Assembly (NCBI GenBank): GCA_050304475.1 | Contig: JBNLDQ010000031.1 | Coordinates: 129,580 to 193,579 of the forward strand | DNA length: 64,000 nt | Reading direction: 5' to 3' | From: Turneriellaceae bacterium | Lineage (GTDB): Bacteria; Spirochaetota; Leptospiria; Turneriellales; JAOUFE01 | The notes under the pieces: generated by a model | Told to the model about the DNA's origin: nothing | What the model saw: the letters and a program-made list of their open reading frames with translations, nothing else | The model's database searches: none | Shown here: in pieces, positions 26,652 through 34,941 of the stretch | How positions within the stretch are numbered: the first letter of the stretch is position 1 | Layout of the letters: every line of letters begins with the position of its first letter | Made by a program: the position numbers and the translations under genes

Positions 26652-29132
26652 ATGACTCAAAAAAATCAAAAAATCCCCGCGATTTTAAAAATCCTCGCCA
26701 TAATTACTTTATTTATAAGCTTGTGGCAATTGCCTGTTTTTTCTCAAAGCGCGCAAACCTTAATTAACGCAGAAGGGTTTATCAATGATCCGAACCTCCC
26801 TTTTGATTCAACGGCGACGGCCGATGATATTACCAGCATGTATTTTAACCCCGCGGGTATTGGCATCCACCCTTTGCAAATCGGCTATTTTTACGGCGAG
26901 AACACACAGGATTCGCTTGTCGACCATGTGGCGTTCATCAATTTGTTCGGCCTTGCTTTTTCGTCGCAATGGCGGTATGCCGCGGCCGGCTTTAACGCTC
27001 AGCGCCATACGGTAGGCACCGGGCTGGAAACGAACAATTTGCTTAGCCTGGGGATCAGTTACAGTTGGTATAAATCAAACATTTCCGCTCTGGACAATTT
27101 CAGCCAGTTAGACCTTGGGTTGATTCTTCGGCCACACCGTAGAATTTCTTTCGGGGCGGTCGGCAGAGGAATCAATGCGCCTATTTTTGAAGAAGAGAGA
27201 ATCACCCCTTCGCTGGATCTTGGCGTGGCTTTGCGCCCATTGCCGTCAAAAGTTGAGGCCCTCACCTTTTCGATAGACGGGACTTTTTCGTTCGAGAACC
27301 CGCAACTTGATATTATCCCGCGCTACTCAATAGAGCTGATCCCCTCCCCGGGACTCACCTTTTACGGCGGGCTGACAAACAACGAAGATTCCTTTTTCGG
27401 GATCAAGTTCGCCCAAAACATTACGCAACTTTCATACCAGCAGTCGACACCCGCAAACACCGGGGGATTCAAAAGCGGCGGTATTTTAATCAGCCAGGAG
27501 AGGTTTAAAACCAGTTACGAAGCGATCCAGCGTTATTTGCATATCTCTCTGGACCAACCCTTTACCGAGGCTAAAAAAGACCGGTTTTTGTTTATCCCGG
27601 AAAACATTACCTTTTATGAAATCCTGAAATCTATTGAAGAAGCGGCGAACGACCCGCAAATTACGGGGCTGGTCATCACCGGGCGAAATTTCCCCGGCGG
27701 TTGGGCGCAAGCGGAAGAGTTGCGCAGCGCAATTGAACGCTTTAAGGTAAATTCGCAAAAGAGCGTGCATGCATTTTTAGAGATAGGGGCAAACAAGGAA
27801 TATTTTATTGTTTCCGCAGCCGATACGATTTCAATGCCGCCAGGCGGTTCGCTTCGCCTGAACGGCCTAAGCGCCGAAGTCTACTATTTTAAAGACCTGT
27901 TTGAGCTTGTCGGCGTACAAGCCGACTATATCCGTGTGGGGAAGTATAAGTCAGCTCCCAATACATATACGCGAAGCGGTCCGGACAAGGCCGAAAAAGA
28001 GCAAATGGAAGCTTTGCTGGAAAACCTTTCCGCCGAATTGATCCAGGGGATTATCACCGGGAGAAAGGATCTTACCGAAAAAGAGGTGCAAGAAGCGTTG
28101 AACCACGGTTACTTTACGCCCATGGAAGCGAAAAAATCGGGGCTCATTGACAATGTTCAGTATTTTACGGACCTGGAACAATCCATTGTACAAAACCGGA
28201 TTACGGAACTTGGTTGGAAAATCGACCTGCATAGCTATCTTCGTTCCAATATTTATGACGACACCTGGGCCCCCAAGCCCACGGTTGCCCTTCTTTCGTT
28301 GGAAGGTCAAATTACCTCAACCGAATCGAGAGGTCTGGGCCAAAGCAAAAGCCAAATCTCTTCCGACAATGCAAGTATCGTTATTCGAAATCTTGCCGCC
28401 GATAAAAATGTCAAGGCTGTGGTGATTAGAATTGATTCGCCGGGCGGTTCGTCGCTCGCTTCGGATATCCTTTGGAAAGAGATTCGTTTGCTGCAAGACG
28501 AAAAACCGGTGATTGTCAGCTTAGGCGATTACGCCGCCTCCGGAGGCTATTATCTGGCCGTGGGCGCCGACGAGATCATTGCCAACCGTTCCACGATTAC
28601 CGGCTCTATCGGGGTCTATTCCGGCAAGATGAGTTTAAAAGATGTCTATGAAAAGTTGGGCATTAAAAAAGAAGTCTATACCACGCATGACAGGGGCGCG
28701 ATCTTTAGCGAAACAAACCGGTTTAGCGATGAAGAACGAAAGTTGATCCAGGCTCATATGATGGAATTTTACGAATTGTTTATCGACCGCGTTCAAAGAA
28801 GCCGCACAAACTTATCGCACGATCAAATTGTCGACAATTCGGACGGCCGGGTTTATACCGGCTCCGAGGCGATTCAGCGCGGTATGGTTGATCGGTTGGG
28901 CGGACTTTCGCTAGCCATAGAACTGGCCATTGCCAAAGCCGGGCTGAGCGAATCGCATGTCGAGGTCATTCAATTCTCGGATTCGCGCAAAGACCTGTTC
29001 CAGATATCGCCGCAGATGCCTTTGATCCCCGCCGATATCCGCAAGGCGATTGAGATCATGAGTACAATGGACCAGAGGTTGAATTCCGATGAGGTTTACT
29101 TTATCATGCCCTATGTTTTTGAAGTAAAATAG
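26652..29132 (+). CDS. sppA: Signal peptide peptidase SppA (67K-type, two S49 domains) with an extra beta-rich N-terminal domain
   Basis: The C-terminal S49 domain has VIVSLGDYAASGGYYLA (Ser codon 28539-28541) and ITGSIGVY. An upstream degenerate S49 repeat lacks the Ser, as in 67K SppA. Residues 1 to about 290 are additional (see findings). Confidence 0.85.
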   Translation: MTQKNQKIPAILKILAIITLFISLWQLPVFSQSAQTLINAEGFINDPNLPFDSTATADDITSMYFNPAGIGIHPLQIGYFYGENTQDSLVDHVAFINLFGLAFSSQWRYAAAGFNAQRHTVGTGLETNNLLSLGISYSWYKSNISALDNFSQLDLGLILRPHRRISFGAVGRGINAPIFEEERITPSLDLGVALRPLPSKVEALTFSIDGTFSFENPQLDIIPRYSIELIPSPGLTFYGGLTNNEDSFFGIKFAQNITQLSYQQSTPANTGGFKSGGILISQERFKTSYEAIQRYLHISLDQPFTEAKKDRFLFIPENITFYEILKSIEEAANDPQITGLVITGRNFPGGWAQAEELRSAIERFKVNSQKSVHAFLEIGANKEYFIVSAADTISMPPGGSLRLNGLSAEVYYFKDLFELVGVQADYIRVGKYKSAPNTYTRSGPDKAEKEQMEALLENLSAELIQGIITGRKDLTEKEVQEALNHGYFTPMEAKKSGLIDNVQYFTDLEQSIVQNRITELGWKIDLHSYLRSNIYDDTWAPKPTVALLSLEGQITSTESRGLGQSKSQISSDNASIVIRNLAADKNVKAVVIRIDSPGGSSLASDILWKEIRLLQDEKPVIVSLGDYAASGGYYLAVGADEIIANRSTITGSIGVYSGKMSLKDVYEKLGIKKEVYTTHDRGAIFSETNRFSDEERKLIQAHMMEFYELFIDRVQRSRTNLSHDQIVDNSDGRVYTGSEAIQRGMVDRLGGLSLAIELAIAKAGLSESHVEVIQFSDSRKDLFQISPQMPLIPADIRKAIEIMSTMDQRLNSDEVYFIMPYVFEVK

Positions 29133-29139
29133 CCAATGG

Positions 29140-30273
29140 CTACTTTAGGACCCGACGGTAGGCATCGATCATTTTCGACGAACAATTTTGTTGTTCAAAG
29201 CGGCTGACATACTCTCTGCCCTCGCGGACAAGCTGCCGTCGCAGCGTAGCGTCTTGCAGGGTTTTTTGAATCCCCTCTGCAATGGCCGCCGGGTTTGCCA
29301 CATCGACATAACACCCGCCCGGACCGGCAGTCTCTCGAAAGCAAGAATCGCCCGATAAAACAACGGGAGTTTCGCAAAACAATGACTCAATTACGGGGAT
29401 GCCAAACCCTTCGTAAACGGAAGGGTAGACAAAGGCGCTTGCGGCGCGGTAGAGGGCCGGTAATTTTTCATCCGGGATATGACCTAAAAAGATAACGCGC
29501 TGGTTTAAATTTAACTCCCCGATGCGCTGTTCCATCTTTTTTCGATACTCCTCCCCTTTGCCCCCGACAACTAACAAAAAATCTTTGTCGCGAAGCCGGG
29601 AAAAGGCATCCAAAAGATTGAGCAGGTTTTTTCGTTCGGACAGGCTCCCCACATAAAATAGAAATTTTTCGGGCAACCCGTATTCACGGCAAACGGCTTG
29701 AATGAAATCTGCCTCAACTTGTTTCTCAAAGCGAGGGTGTACCGACTGATAGACCACTTCCACTTTTTCGGGAGAAATCCCCATATAGCGAACCAAATCG
29801 TTTTTTGTATTTTCACTCACAGCTACGAGGAGATCCGCTTTTTGAAAGCTCTTGAGATATTTCATTTGGTAAATTTTGGCATCCCAGGGTTTGTACAAAT
29901 GGGGGTGGTGCAAAAAAATCAAATCGTGAACTGTCACCACTGTTTTTGCGCCGGTTTTTTCAATGCCCCAGGGCAGTTCATGCGATAACCCATGGTAAAT
30001 TTCGGGCTTGAGCCGTTTCAATTCGCCGGCCAAGAAGGCCGACCGCCATAGCGCCGGAAACCGCTTGCCTATTTTACTTTGCGGCATGTGTAGCGGTAAA
30101 TCCTGAAATTCAGCCATCCGCTTCTTTTGTTTTTTTGTTTTCGGTTCGGGCGTGTAGAGATGATACTCATTTTCGGGGAAGTATTGCTGAAGGCCGCGCA
30201 ATAACGTGCGCGAATAATTGCCCAGGCCGGTTTCATTGAAAAAGAGCCTTTTTCCGTCGTACGCAATTTTCAT
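29140..30273 (-). CDS. Family-1 (GT4-type) glycosyltransferase
   Basis: EGFGIPVIESL in the C-terminal Rossmann half gives the EX7E context. ATG 30273 gives MKIAYDGKRLF, a typical GT4 N-terminus. The track start 30351 is a GTG extension. Confidence 0.85.
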   Translation of the reverse strand: MKIAYDGKRLFFNETGLGNYSRTLLRGLQQYFPENEYHLYTPEPKTKKQKKRMAEFQDLPLHMPQSKIGKRFPALWRSAFLAGELKRLKPEIYHGLSHELPWGIEKTGAKTVVTVHDLIFLHHPHLYKPWDAKIYQMKYLKSFQKADLLVAVSENTKNDLVRYMGISPEKVEVVYQSVHPRFEKQVEADFIQAVCREYGLPEKFLFYVGSLSERKNLLNLLDAFSRLRDKDFLLVVGGKGEEYRKKMEQRIGELNLNQRVIFLGHIPDEKLPALYRAASAFVYPSVYEGFGIPVIESLFCETPVVLSGDSCFRETAGPGGCYVDVANPAAIAEGIQKTLQDATLRRQLVREGREYVSRFEQQNCSSKMIDAYRRVLK

Positions 30274-30400
30274 GATTTGTTTATATTGTTCCCACAAGCC
30301 CACCCCCCGCCCAAAAAAGGGAGGGTGGCGCAAGATAGCCATTTTTTTCACCCCACGTTGGTATAATAGCTTTTTTTAACTTTTTTTTACGAGATTTAAG

Positions 30401-30428
30401 AGAAAAACGGGGAGTTAAAAACTCCCCG
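30401..30428 (-). terminator. Rho-independent terminator of the peroxiredoxin gene
   Basis: On the minus strand, 10 nt after the stop: CGGGGAGT-ttttA-ACTCCCCG. This is a perfect 8-bp GC-rich stem (30421-30428 / 30408-30415) followed directly by TTTTTCTCTT. Confidence 0.7.
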
Positions 30429-30437
30429 ATACGGATA

Positions 30438-31025
30438 TTAAGCGTGTTTTTTAAAGTAATCTTTTGATTTATCCACATCCGCAAACATACTATCGGAACC
30501 GGGGGTCCAGTTTGCCGGGCAAACTTCTCCCGCATGCGATTCGACATATTGGTCGGCTTGCACAAGACGCAACACCTCATCGACATTACGCCCCACATTG
30601 TTGTTATTTACCATCGCCACTTTTAAAACGCCTTTCGGGTCAATGATAAATACGCCGCGCAAAGAGATACCGGCGTTTTCAATCAGCACATTATAGCTAC
30701 GTGAAATTTCTTTTGTCACATCGGACACAAGCGGGAAATTAATGTCGCCAAGCCCGCCCTCTTCGCGGGATTGGTTTACCCAGGCAAGGTGGCTGAATTT
30801 ACTGTCAACGCTAACGCCCAGAACTTGTGCATTTGCTTTTTCGAAATCCGCCGCTTTATCCGAAAAGGCGGTAATTTCAGTCGGGCATACAAAGGTAAAA
30901 TCGAGTGGGTAAAAGAACAAAACAACATATTTACCCTGATAATCTTTTAATGAAACTTGCTGAAAACCCTTGTTTGCCACCGCATCGGCTTGAAACTCGG
31001 GAGCTTTCTGACCTACTTGAATCAT
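30438..31025 (-). CDS. Typical 2-Cys peroxiredoxin (AhpC/Tsa family)
   Basis: [14 protein letters not shown] (peroxidatic Cys) and GEVCPANW (resolving Cys). GGAGG lies 6 nt upstream of the ATG. Confidence 0.95.
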   Translation of the reverse strand: MIQVGQKAPEFQADAVANKGFQQVSLKDYQGKYVVLFFYPLDFTFVCPTEITAFSDKAADFEKANAQVLGVSVDSKFSHLAWVNQSREEGGLGDINFPLVSDVTKEISRSYNVLIENAGISLRGVFIIDPKGVLKVAMVNNNNVGRNVDEVLRLVQADQYVESHAGEVCPANWTPGSDSMFADVDKSKDYFKKHA

Positions 31026-31287
31026 ATATCGTCCTCCAAAAAAATATCAAATTGCAGGGTTTCCCCTACCCGAAAGAACCCAGCCCTTGGATACAATGTC
31101 AACCGTGATTTGCCGAAAAGGGAAAAAACGATATATTGTCCGTTTTTTTCCTTTTCCCCCTGAATGATTGAAGGAAGAAACAAGTGAAAACGATTTTAAA
31201 ATTTAAAAACGGAGATTCTCTTCAAGTAAACCCGGCTGAATAAGATAAAAAAGTTGTCAGACTATATTCAAATTCATAAAAGGAAGT

Positions 31288-32073
31288 ATGGGAGATAATC
31301 CAACAAACCGGCGATCATCGCGCAGAAAAACCGAACAAGAACAAGCGGAAGGCATCCATTCAGTGCCAAAAGATCTCGTTGAGATCGAAAGGAACATGCT
31401 GGAATCCTTGCTGATTCACTTGAAACACTGGGTCAAAATGAACACGGAAACTGTCCGAAAGTTTATCTTTGGCGCCGCACTTTTCATTGTATTGATTTTT
31501 TTATTTGTCTTTGTCCATAGCGGCATTGTCGAGACGCAAAACCGCGAGTTTTACTCGCTGGCTTCGCAATACCATGAGATTGAAAACGGCCCCGAAGAGC
31601 TTCATGAGCGGGAATTTGCGCAACTCAAAGAGCAAGCGACAAAACTTTGTGAAACCTTTTGGTCTACCAAGCATAGCAATAACGCCTGCCTTATTGCCGG
31701 GCTCGTTGAACTTAAAATCGGTGACAACGAAGAAGCTGTTTCCATTCTCGAAGAGTATCGAAGCAACCTGTCAAGCGACGCCCTCGCCGCTTATTTTACT
31801 TTTTTTAACGGCTATCTCTTTGAAAGCGCCGGAAAATACCAGGAAGCGCAAGAGCTCTACAACGAGCTTAGCGAACAACTGGACGCCATTGAAGACGCAG
31901 ACATCGGACTTTTTCATAAAGCCCGTTCGCTCTACCATGCCGGGAACTACCAGGAAGCCAAGATTATCTTTTTAAAAATAGCCCAGGAACCCCAAGGTCC
32001 CTATACATCGAAAGCCCGCAACTACCTGAGCCTGATTTCTATGCAAGAAGAAGGCCGGACAAAAGGCGAATGA
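31288..32073 (+). CDS. Membrane-anchored TPR-like protein (YfgM-like architecture)
   Basis: Basic N-terminus, one TM (FIFGAALFIVLIFLFVFV), then TPR-like helices (YQEAQELYNEL, LYHAGNYQEAKIIFLKI). Its stop overlaps the hisG start (ATGA). Confidence 0.6.
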   Translation: MGDNPTNRRSSRRKTEQEQAEGIHSVPKDLVEIERNMLESLLIHLKHWVKMNTETVRKFIFGAALFIVLIFLFVFVHSGIVETQNREFYSLASQYHEIENGPEELHEREFAQLKEQATKLCETFWSTKHSNNACLIAGLVELKIGDNEEAVSILEEYRSNLSSDALAAYFTFFNGYLFESAGKYQEAQELYNELSEQLDAIEDADIGLFHKARSLYHAGNYQEAKIIFLKIAQEPQGPYTSKARNYLSLISMQEEGRTKGE

Positions 32074-32690
32074 GTTCTTCCGCGCTGAAAATAGCTCTCC
32101 CCAAAGGCAGGATGAGCGAGGAGAGCCTGGAGTTCCTTTATGAAAAAGGAATTACCTCGTTTTCCGAATTCCCGAAAAGCCGGAAACTTATTTTTAAAGA
32201 CGAAGCCAATCAACTTGAGTTTTTCCTCGTGCGTTCCAAAGATGTAGGCACCTATGTTGAAAAAGGGGCTTGCGATCTTGGAATTATCGGTTACGACCTT
32301 CTGGAAGAGCACAACTTTGATATTTATGTTCCCGCCGCACTCCCGTTTGGCCATTGCCGTTTGAGCATCGCTTCTTTCCCCGGAAACGAACCCTGGCATA
32401 CGCGCCGCAATCTCCGGATTGCGACGAAATACCCCCGTCTAACCTCGCGTTACTTTTTTGAGCATGGTTATAACACGCAAATTGTCGAACTGTATGGTTC
32501 GATTGAAATCGCCCCCCTCACCGGGATTGCCGATGCCATTGTCGACCTTGTCTCAACCGGTCAAACCTTGAAAGAAAATAACCTGAAAGAAGACCGCAAG
32601 ATTCTGGAAAGTTCGGCGCGTCTGATACTGAATCGTACCTCTTACGCCTTTCATTTGCAAAAAATCAACTCTATCCTTTCAAAAATTTAA
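32070..32690 (+). CDS. hisG: ATP phosphoribosyltransferase, short (HisZ-dependent) form
   Basis: 206 aa. LKIALPKGRM, VRSKDVGTYVEKGACDLGIIGYD and DLVSTGQTLKEN are present. It lacks the C-terminal regulatory domain of long HisG. Confidence 0.9.
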   Translation: MSSSALKIALPKGRMSEESLEFLYEKGITSFSEFPKSRKLIFKDEANQLEFFLVRSKDVGTYVEKGACDLGIIGYDLLEEHNFDIYVPAALPFGHCRLSIASFPGNEPWHTRRNLRIATKYPRLTSRYFFEHGYNTQIVELYGSIEIAPLTGIADAIVDLVSTGQTLKENNLKEDRKILESSARLILNRTSYAFHLQKINSILSKI

Positions 32691-32734
32691 AGCATTGATT
32701 GACAGCATGTCTATCGTATAAACTCTGTGCGACC

Positions 32735-32944
32735 ATGGCAGTACCAAAGAGAAAGTTATCACGACGAAGAAGAGGCAACCGACGAGCCCATCACGCAATA
32801 GGTAAACCAAACCTGCGCCCTTGCCCCAATTGTGGAGCCTACGCCATGCCCCACCGGGTCTGTCCCGAATGCGGCACGTACAAAGGTCGCCTGATCATTG
32901 CACCCAAAGTCAAAAAAGTAAAAGAAAACGAAGCGCAAGCTTAA
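32735..32944 (+). CDS. rpmF: 50S ribosomal protein L32
   Basis: [19 protein letters not shown] start plus a CPNCG...CPECG zinc ribbon. The track ORF begins at a TTG (32699) that is part of a TTGACA hexamer. Confidence 0.95.
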   Translation: MAVPKRKLSRRRRGNRRAHHAIGKPNLRPCPNCGAYAMPHRVCPECGTYKGRLIIAPKVKKVKENEAQA

Positions 32945-32952
32945 TCGACTCT

Positions 32953-33672
32953 TTATTCCGAACGGCGAATAAAGGCGTCATAGATAATCCCAAAAGCATT
33001 GGGGTGGTTTTTGATTTTAATCTCTACGAGTATCTGACCATCGGCATCGCGCACATACGGAACCGGCAAAATAATTGGCGAAGATTCCGTTTTCCCGTAC
33101 CCGATTTCAACGGTTTTAAAATGGATATGATCGATGTAAATTTCATATCGTAAAATATTTTCATAAAACGCAAAATCGGTAGAGAGCCTTTTTCCCCTTT
33201 CATCGGCCCGTAACAACGCCATATCAAGAACCAGCTCCCACCCGTATGGCGTCATCTCCCCTGTTTCGGGAACGGGCGCCTTTAAACGAAACGCAAAACC
33301 GGGGGCATAAAACAAAAGCGCCCGGCCGTAACGAAAGCCCCCCGCCTCGGAATCGTTTGTGACTAAAAAGCCCTGCCCGCGCGCCCATGATTGAAGCCGC
33401 TTTTGGGTCCATACATAATGCTCCTGCGAAATATACACCATTTTTTGCAGGTACTGTTCATTATTAAAAGGAAAAGCAATGACATCATCATTTAACCGCA
33501 CGTCGGGCTCCATGGCCGGGTATGTCATGGCCTGCAATCCGTGTGTCATGGCTCTCATGGTTTCACCTGTGTTTTCATGATTCGGAAAAAAGCCCGAAAA
33601 GAAATCGGTAAAGCCGGTACCGCCAAACAAAAGGAACAATATGCAGGAAAATCCTGTCAAATAACGCATCAC
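32953..33672 (-). CDS. Hypothetical secreted protein
   Basis: 239 aa with a hydrophobic leader (FSCILFLLFGG). I recognise no family. It fills the gap between rpmF and pyrD cleanly. Confidence 0.55.
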   Translation of the reverse strand: MMRYLTGFSCILFLLFGGTGFTDFFSGFFPNHENTGETMRAMTHGLQAMTYPAMEPDVRLNDDVIAFPFNNEQYLQKMVYISQEHYVWTQKRLQSWARGQGFLVTNDSEAGGFRYGRALLFYAPGFAFRLKAPVPETGEMTPYGWELVLDMALLRADERGKRLSTDFAFYENILRYEIYIDHIHFKTVEIGYGKTESSPIILPVPYVRDADGQILVEIKIKNHPNAFGIIYDAFIRRSE

Positions 33673-33754
33673 AGGTTATTATCGGCCATTTGCTTTGTTC
33701 TACTACATTAAAATCGAATGCGAGAAAGTAATGAAAAGAAGTTTTGTAAAGCTC

Positions 33755-34864
33755 TCAGACGCCCCGGCTTTGCGCTTGTTTCAACGCTTGGGCGATTTCT
33801 TGCGCAAGCCACGGGCCCCGGTAGATAAATCCGGTATAGACCTGTACTAAATCGGCGCCCATCTCAAGGCGGCGGATAGCTTCTTCCGGCGTCATGACCC
33901 CGCCCGAAGAGATTACCTTTGCTAAAGGGAATTTTTTACGGGCTCGCAAGGCCGCTTCCAGGGCCAGCAGCGACTTTTCACGCAGCGGGGTTCCCGAGAT
34001 ACCACCGGTAAACCCCGGAAAAGAGTCTGCCGCCTGACCCAAGACCGAAAGATCATTGGTTGTATTGGTGACAATGACCCCGTCAGCCCCCGCGCCAAAG
34101 GCCGCTTCAATGGAAAGCTCCAGTTCGGACGCTTGCTCCTTTTTTGAGTTTTTTGCCGGCATTGCGGGAAAATCGGGCGCAAATTTGACAAAAAGCGGTA
34201 ATGGCGATCGTTCGCGGCACTTTCGTATTAAAGCGGTCATGCTCTTTTTTTCCTGCAATTCCCGCAAACCTGGCGTATTGGGCGAAGAAATATTAATGGC
34301 AATATAGGCAACCCGGGGGCCGCCGTTTTTGTGTTTTTGGCAAAACTCGCGGATTCGCTCAATCTGGTAGAGATAGTCGTCCAGAGCATTTTCGTTGGGG
34401 GTCTCTTTTTGCTTGCCGATGCTGATCCCCACGGGCATGGTCGCCGAATACTTTTTTTCGAGATTCCTTAACCCGGCTTCAATCCCGGGGTTGTTAAACC
34501 CCATGCGGTTGAGCAACGCCTCTTGCTTTTTCAAGCGGAAAACCCGCGGTTTCGGATTCCCGCTTTGCGGTTTTGGCGTAAAGGTGCCGATTTCGGAAAA
34601 CCCGTACCCCAGGCGCGCCAACCCCCTGGAAAGATCCCCTTTCTTATCAAAACCGGCCGCAATGCCAACCGGCCCGGGGAGTTTCAAAGAACCGATTTGT
34701 ACTGCCCTGTTTTCAAACAAAGTACCGCTTTTGCGATCGGGTAAACTTTTTAAAAAGACAACGGCAAGGTCATGGGCTTTTTCAGGCGAGAAAAGAAAAA
34801 AGAGAGGCCTGAACCACGCATACATTTTTGCCATAAAGGTTACAAATATCGCCGGTGAATTCAT
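33755..34864 (-). CDS. pyrD: Dihydroorotate dehydrogenase (quinone), class 2
   Basis: The N-terminal membrane-association helix [20 protein letters not shown] aligns with E. coli [39 protein letters not shown] and the [23 protein letters not shown] end are present. The start is ambiguous between ATG 34864, 34834 and 34825. Confidence 0.9.
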   Translation of the reverse strand: [369 protein letters not shown]

Positions 34865-34919
34865 TACCGCCAACCTCCTTGAATGGATTTGCCAATTTTG
34901 CCAAAAAAGCGAATATGAA

Positions 34920-34941
34920 AATATTTTTGCGCAAAAATATT
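34920..34941. repeat. 22-bp perfect palindrome AATATTTTTGCGCAAAAATATT overlapping the PBP1A stop codon, upstream of pyrD
   Basis: Checked base by base: 11 complementary pairs around the centre at 34930/34931. Pairing breaks at 34919/34942. Confidence 0.9.

Noticed and set aside
30359-30367. Perfect extended -10 (TGgTATAAT) on the plus strand pointing antisense into the peroxiredoxin gene
   Set aside because: The plus strand has no -35, no downstream ORF and no supporting structure. A single 9-mer match is plausible by chance, so an antisense RNA cannot be claimed from sequence alone.
32699-32734. 12-aa extension of rpmF starting at a TTG
   Set aside because: L32 universally begins MAVPKRK. 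The TTG is the first half of a TTGACA hexamer, more likely a promoter element, although its spacing to any -10 is poor, so I did not call a promoter.
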